From Nemertoderma westbladi (lineage: Eukaryota; Animalia; Xenacoelomorpha): a stretch of DNA of 36,595 nucleotides. Position 1 is the first letter of the stretch, and the number at the start of each line of letters is the position of its first letter. The notes below the pieces were generated by a model that saw only the letters and a program-made list of their open reading frames with translations, made no database searches and had not been told where the DNA came from. Where the stretch lies: positions 1 to 36,595 of the forward strand of contig JAUCBJ010006343.1 of the NCBI GenBank assembly GCA_032718475.1. The letters are read 5' to 3'. A program made the translations under genes and the position numbers. Below, in pieces: positions 34,401 to 36,595 of the stretch.

Positions 34401-34478
34401 CATTATGTAAACGCCAAATAAAAGTAAAACAACTCCAATGACCAACAGCGGCATATGTATCCGGGATCTAGAAGACAT
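31416..34478 (-). CDS. EXTL3: Exostosin-like 3 (EXTL3/botv/rib-2) alpha-1,4-N-acetylglucosaminyltransferase, 1020 aa, intronless CDS
   Basis: N-terminal TM anchor, coiled-coil stem, CFDYSRCP..YVYP exostosin domain, LPLSDFISW, SLGGSRPREQFTVVILSYQRE, NSLNNRFLPF, LSLDDDSSLRHDEI (DxD), RVWRE..IVGFPGRFH, SCELSMVLTGAAF, NCEDLAMNFLVSH, TQFRADSILYKT..KCFK. Confidence 0.96.
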   Translation of the reverse strand: MSSRSRIHMPLLVIGVVLLLFGVYIMMLSVLPPPSDISAKQTTSQSEYIFEKFHEKTSMMNLKSKDLDKNIKELISIEKSVLAELRILEERFHYTKGQVDDMSAELHKLHVEKQNIHQSLALAEKQLLQTHNEQLIRKRENEIVIQRPIFIASELTTGTGRTLPDVSPSADSKHCTFEVCFDYSRCPITGGMKTYVYPRPEVMSERGTIIYDAIYRSTLRFSCFTPDPTLACIFIAVVDVVSSNATADYVRSLSHWRGSGSNHLLFYVDSFSGGNTNYTNPVGNNIRASTYSLRGIFRRNFDIIFPMSLELLHENSKYSSDRPDPNESEDVKSLQPRVASLTSIPSQEGLVKGRRALGLDLVQEQLGEWNAKHTDSSNLGKDTTDSVHELESPGPLSEPVDSVHELRGSVLAQEPGDSVHEQGDPISVHEPVDSVLAYEPADSSPAPGVPVYGPDDSLPYLLPVRRELLLSFLGYPGFRLTSVGKRVAAELNHISNNNSNILIDTTCNSTFSTGVDWDLCYNSSVRLVTGSRSTYTLLLAGSPDVLWSPTLSVRLIESMRVGSVPVLLGDSLHLPLSDFISWERCSIKLALHRVTELHMVINSLSDADVFSFRSSCRRLYRLYFSSVDATVDSVLSELRTRLSIPAPAAEPFRAELHFSADRPPPLFESTYVDDSLDLAGGAKEPAVESPVRTPVYAPARNSRWLWNRSPVPFRSFPSSPWDPVVPLDFLPQPPVGYRPINEGRGGDGRHFGQSLGGSRPREQFTVVILSYQRELVLRSTIERLNNLPFLHSVLVVWNSPIAPSANPPWPRIHVPVNLARMPRNSLNNRFLPFQDIQTDAVLSLDDDSSLRHDEIILAFRVWRENPSQIVGFPGRFHSWDPVAQSWFYNSNKSCELSMVLTGAAFYHRYYNYLYSQWMEASIRTRVDAIMNCEDLAMNFLVSHVSRLPPIKVTSRWTFVCPTCNDALSTDESHYTERNKCINDFARIYGYMPLMNTQFRADSILYKTKVSNSQIKCFKNV
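33110..33335 (-). repeat. In-frame acidic repeat (EPVDSVHE-like) inside EXTL3
   Basis: DSVHELESPGPLSEPVDSVHELRGSVLAQEPGDSVHEQGDPISVHEPVDSVLAYEPADS. Confidence 0.85.
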
Positions 34479-34723
34479 TATTGATTATCACACAGACCAG
34501 ACATAAGATTGATAAATCCACATATCAGACTGTCATGCAATACAGCAATGCAATAACAGTAATATAAAAAAATAAATTAACAAAGGCTGAGCATGTGAGG
34601 TACAAGTACAGACAGAAGTATGGGGGTGTTCACTGTTCACATATTACAGTATTAGAGGGTACGTAACGCGATTTTTTGCAATTTTTTGACCCCCCCCCCC
34701 CCCCCCCCCCCCCCAGTCGGTGA

Positions 34724-34819
34724 GAAGTCAAAAATTGGACTTCAAGTCCAATTTTAGACTTCAAGTCCAATTTTAGACTTCAAGTCCAATTTTGGACTCC
34801 GAAGTCCAATATTGGACTT
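34724..34819. repeat. 19-bp tandem repeat of near-palindromic units (CAAGTCCAATTTTRGACTT) x5
   Basis: Includes the perfect 18-bp palindrome AAGTCCAATATTGGACTT at 34802-34819. Preceded by TACGTAACGC..TTTTTTGACCCCC(n), resembling a decayed Zator-type end. Confidence 0.85.
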
Positions 34820-35244
34820 TAGTACAACTCCAAGTGTACCCATACTGCTATACTGTATATATCGGTATTTAAATCAAAACTGCATCCCGCATCAGTAGTA
34901 CATACATATCAGCATATCATGCATATTACATAATTACAATGCAACATTATTTTAATGATCAAATTAATTATTCTAAGTATTATAAGCAGGGATCAGCATA
35001 CATACAGTCAGACATCACGTAGTTACTTTTTGCGGTAGTGGTATGACTTTGCGGTAGCCTTACTGCCTGCCTTAGCGGTGTATACCGTACCGCGGTAGTT
35101 GAGTTATAGCTGTATAGCTGTAGTTCATTCATACCCATACCTCGTGGTATTTTCGTAAGGCAAAAATAAGACTACTGTAAACTGTAACCTATTATGTTAT
35201 TGAGTTAATGTTTATTGACTAATTGTTTTGATTAGGTTCACTGT

Positions 35245-35545
35245 GTCAAGTACAATGCACACATCTCCAACCAGACGCTATATAACATTGGAGTTGGAGG
35301 TGTCTCATTGGTTCCCCCAAGCTTGACACTAGAACAAAGCCGCCTCCGCTTTGCAGGACATTGCTTTCGCCGTGAGGACCAGCCAGTGCACCTCATGGAG
35401 TGAATAAGCATGGTGGACAGCCCATGACTTTCTTGGACGCATCTTTCTTACTGTCTTAAAGGACACTGGCCTTGAAGATGCGGATGATCTAACAAATGTC
35501 ATGGGTGATAAGGCTGTAAGGGAGTTGTGGAGGCGCAATTTTGTC
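35245..35545 (+). mobile_element. RTE-clade LINE 3'-end fragment
   Basis: VKYNAHISNQTLY...EQSRLRFAGHCFRREDQPV then LKDTGLEDADDLTNVMGDK; matches RTE C-terminal H.SNE.LY / RRLRFAGHC.R / M.DR motifs. Confidence 0.8.
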
Positions 35546-35621
35546 AACAAGCCGGCACAGCATTCTTAATAGGGCCTATATATATAATGCAGCTGCAATG
35601 CAGCATGCCGATTGTAGTAGT

Positions 35622-35785
35622 AGTTGGTTAGAAAAGCCCGCTTCTGTATGTATAAGCACATGCCCTATGCAGCTATGTCTGTATGTGGTGATAGGGCTCC
35701 TTCAATTGGTAAAGTCAAAAGTGGCCGTTTATTGTTTTAGTTAGAAAAGCCTGCCTCTGTAACCTGTTCCTTTCCCCCAATTGGT
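35622..35785 (-). repeat. Copy of the dispersed GGTTAGAAAAGCC..TGTAACCTG repeat
   Basis: GTTTATTGTTTTAGTTAGAAAAGCCTGCCTCTGTAACCTGTTCCTTTCCCCCAATTGGT matches 8852-8909. Confidence 0.75.
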
Positions 35786-36335
35786 TCATGTTTTATTATG
35801 TGAGACCCCAACACGTTAATCAGTTAATCCCCTTTCATTATCCAGCCGTTTTAAAATACCCTTCCTGTTGTATGGAAAAATTAGAAGAGATGGTGGTAGC
35901 ATCAACTTGTAGTATTTCTTTCTGATAGGGCTCCCATAGTGGCTTAGACGAAATCGTAGCGTAGCTGTACTGTAGTTAGCCTTAGCAGCAGCTGCAGTTG
36001 GCAAACCTGGCATTGCTACCAGTTTCCACCAAATATAATTTGTAATTAAATATTTGTTGGAGCATAATCCAATCTAGTCCTAAAGACTCTAAAGTCCTGG
36101 GTACATAAGGCTGTAAGGTTAGACATAACATGAATGTAAACTAAACAATATACTAATGTAAAGTGTAAAGTACAAAGTACCTAGAATGCTAGAATGTACC
36201 ATTATATTCTAAGTACAGTACGCTGAAGATACATACAGAGAGCTGCAAAGGTAACTTTCCATAACTTAATAGCTGTCTGGCTGTCTCTCATCTGTCATGC
36301 TTCATGTACCTTTAAGTTTGATTCTCAATGTCACG

Positions 36336-36595
36336 TCCAAAATTGGACTTAAAGTCCAATATTGGACTTTTGTAATAATTCAAAGCCTTATAAAAAAAGT
36401 TCCCCCTGGTGAATTTCAGGTCCCCCTGTTCAAAACTCTTATTTTTTGATATACTTTCGATTAAAAAAATAAAATCCCGCCCGATCCAATTACCCAAGGC
36501 CCTGGAACAATTGGCTGATTTGAAGTCCAATATTGGACTCACAGAAGTCCAAATTTGGACTTGAACTGGAGTCGAAGTCCAATTTTGGACTCAAG
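36336..36595. repeat. Further AAGTCCAA-WW-TTGGACT palindromic repeats, running off the window end
   Basis: Units at ~36336, 36352, 36523, 36545 and 36575; same motif as 34724-34819. Confidence 0.8.

Noticed and set aside
3829-34478. PTEN and EXTL3 as a functional cluster
   Set aside because: Same strand but 26 kb apart and separated by TEs; nothing in the sequence supports co-regulation.
35816-36013. 65-aa minus-strand ORF
   Set aside because: No recognisable domain or convincing splice context.

Overview
AT-rich, repeat-dense eukaryotic (metazoan, probably invertebrate) DNA; no prokaryotic genes, rRNA or CRISPR. Two intact host genes lie on the minus strand, each a single uninterrupted ORF: PTEN (3829-5256) and an EXTL3/botv-type heparan sulfate glycosyltransferase (31416-34478). 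The DNA between them is mostly mobile elements. (1) A 4.4 kb foldback-like structure (6155-10529) has ~810 bp inverted arms ending in phased 10-bp A-tract repeats. (2) A complete 7.9 kb Zator-like DDE transposon (22994-30936; perfect 26-bp TIRs, TTT flanks, one spliceosomal intron) has its ORF split by a complete 3.8 kb THAP/P-superfamily element (23685-27481; perfect 71-bp TIRs, 7-bp TSD). (3) Smaller elements: two hAT MITEs with perfect 8-bp TSDs, a Helentron-associated-like repeat family carrying CTCF-like motifs, a BEL/Pao 3' end, RTE LINE fragments and several minisatellites. The least explained items are a decayed ORF at 19.9-20.8 kb resembling a densovirus NS1 (possible endogenous viral element), the unclassified foldback, and a window-wide excess of TA-flanked motifs (TACAGTA, TACCGGTA, TAGGCCTA) that look like stacked transposon excision footprints, one pair in frame inside EXTL3. 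All family assignments come from motif recognition by eye; no searches were run, and I cannot claim a confirmed novel system.
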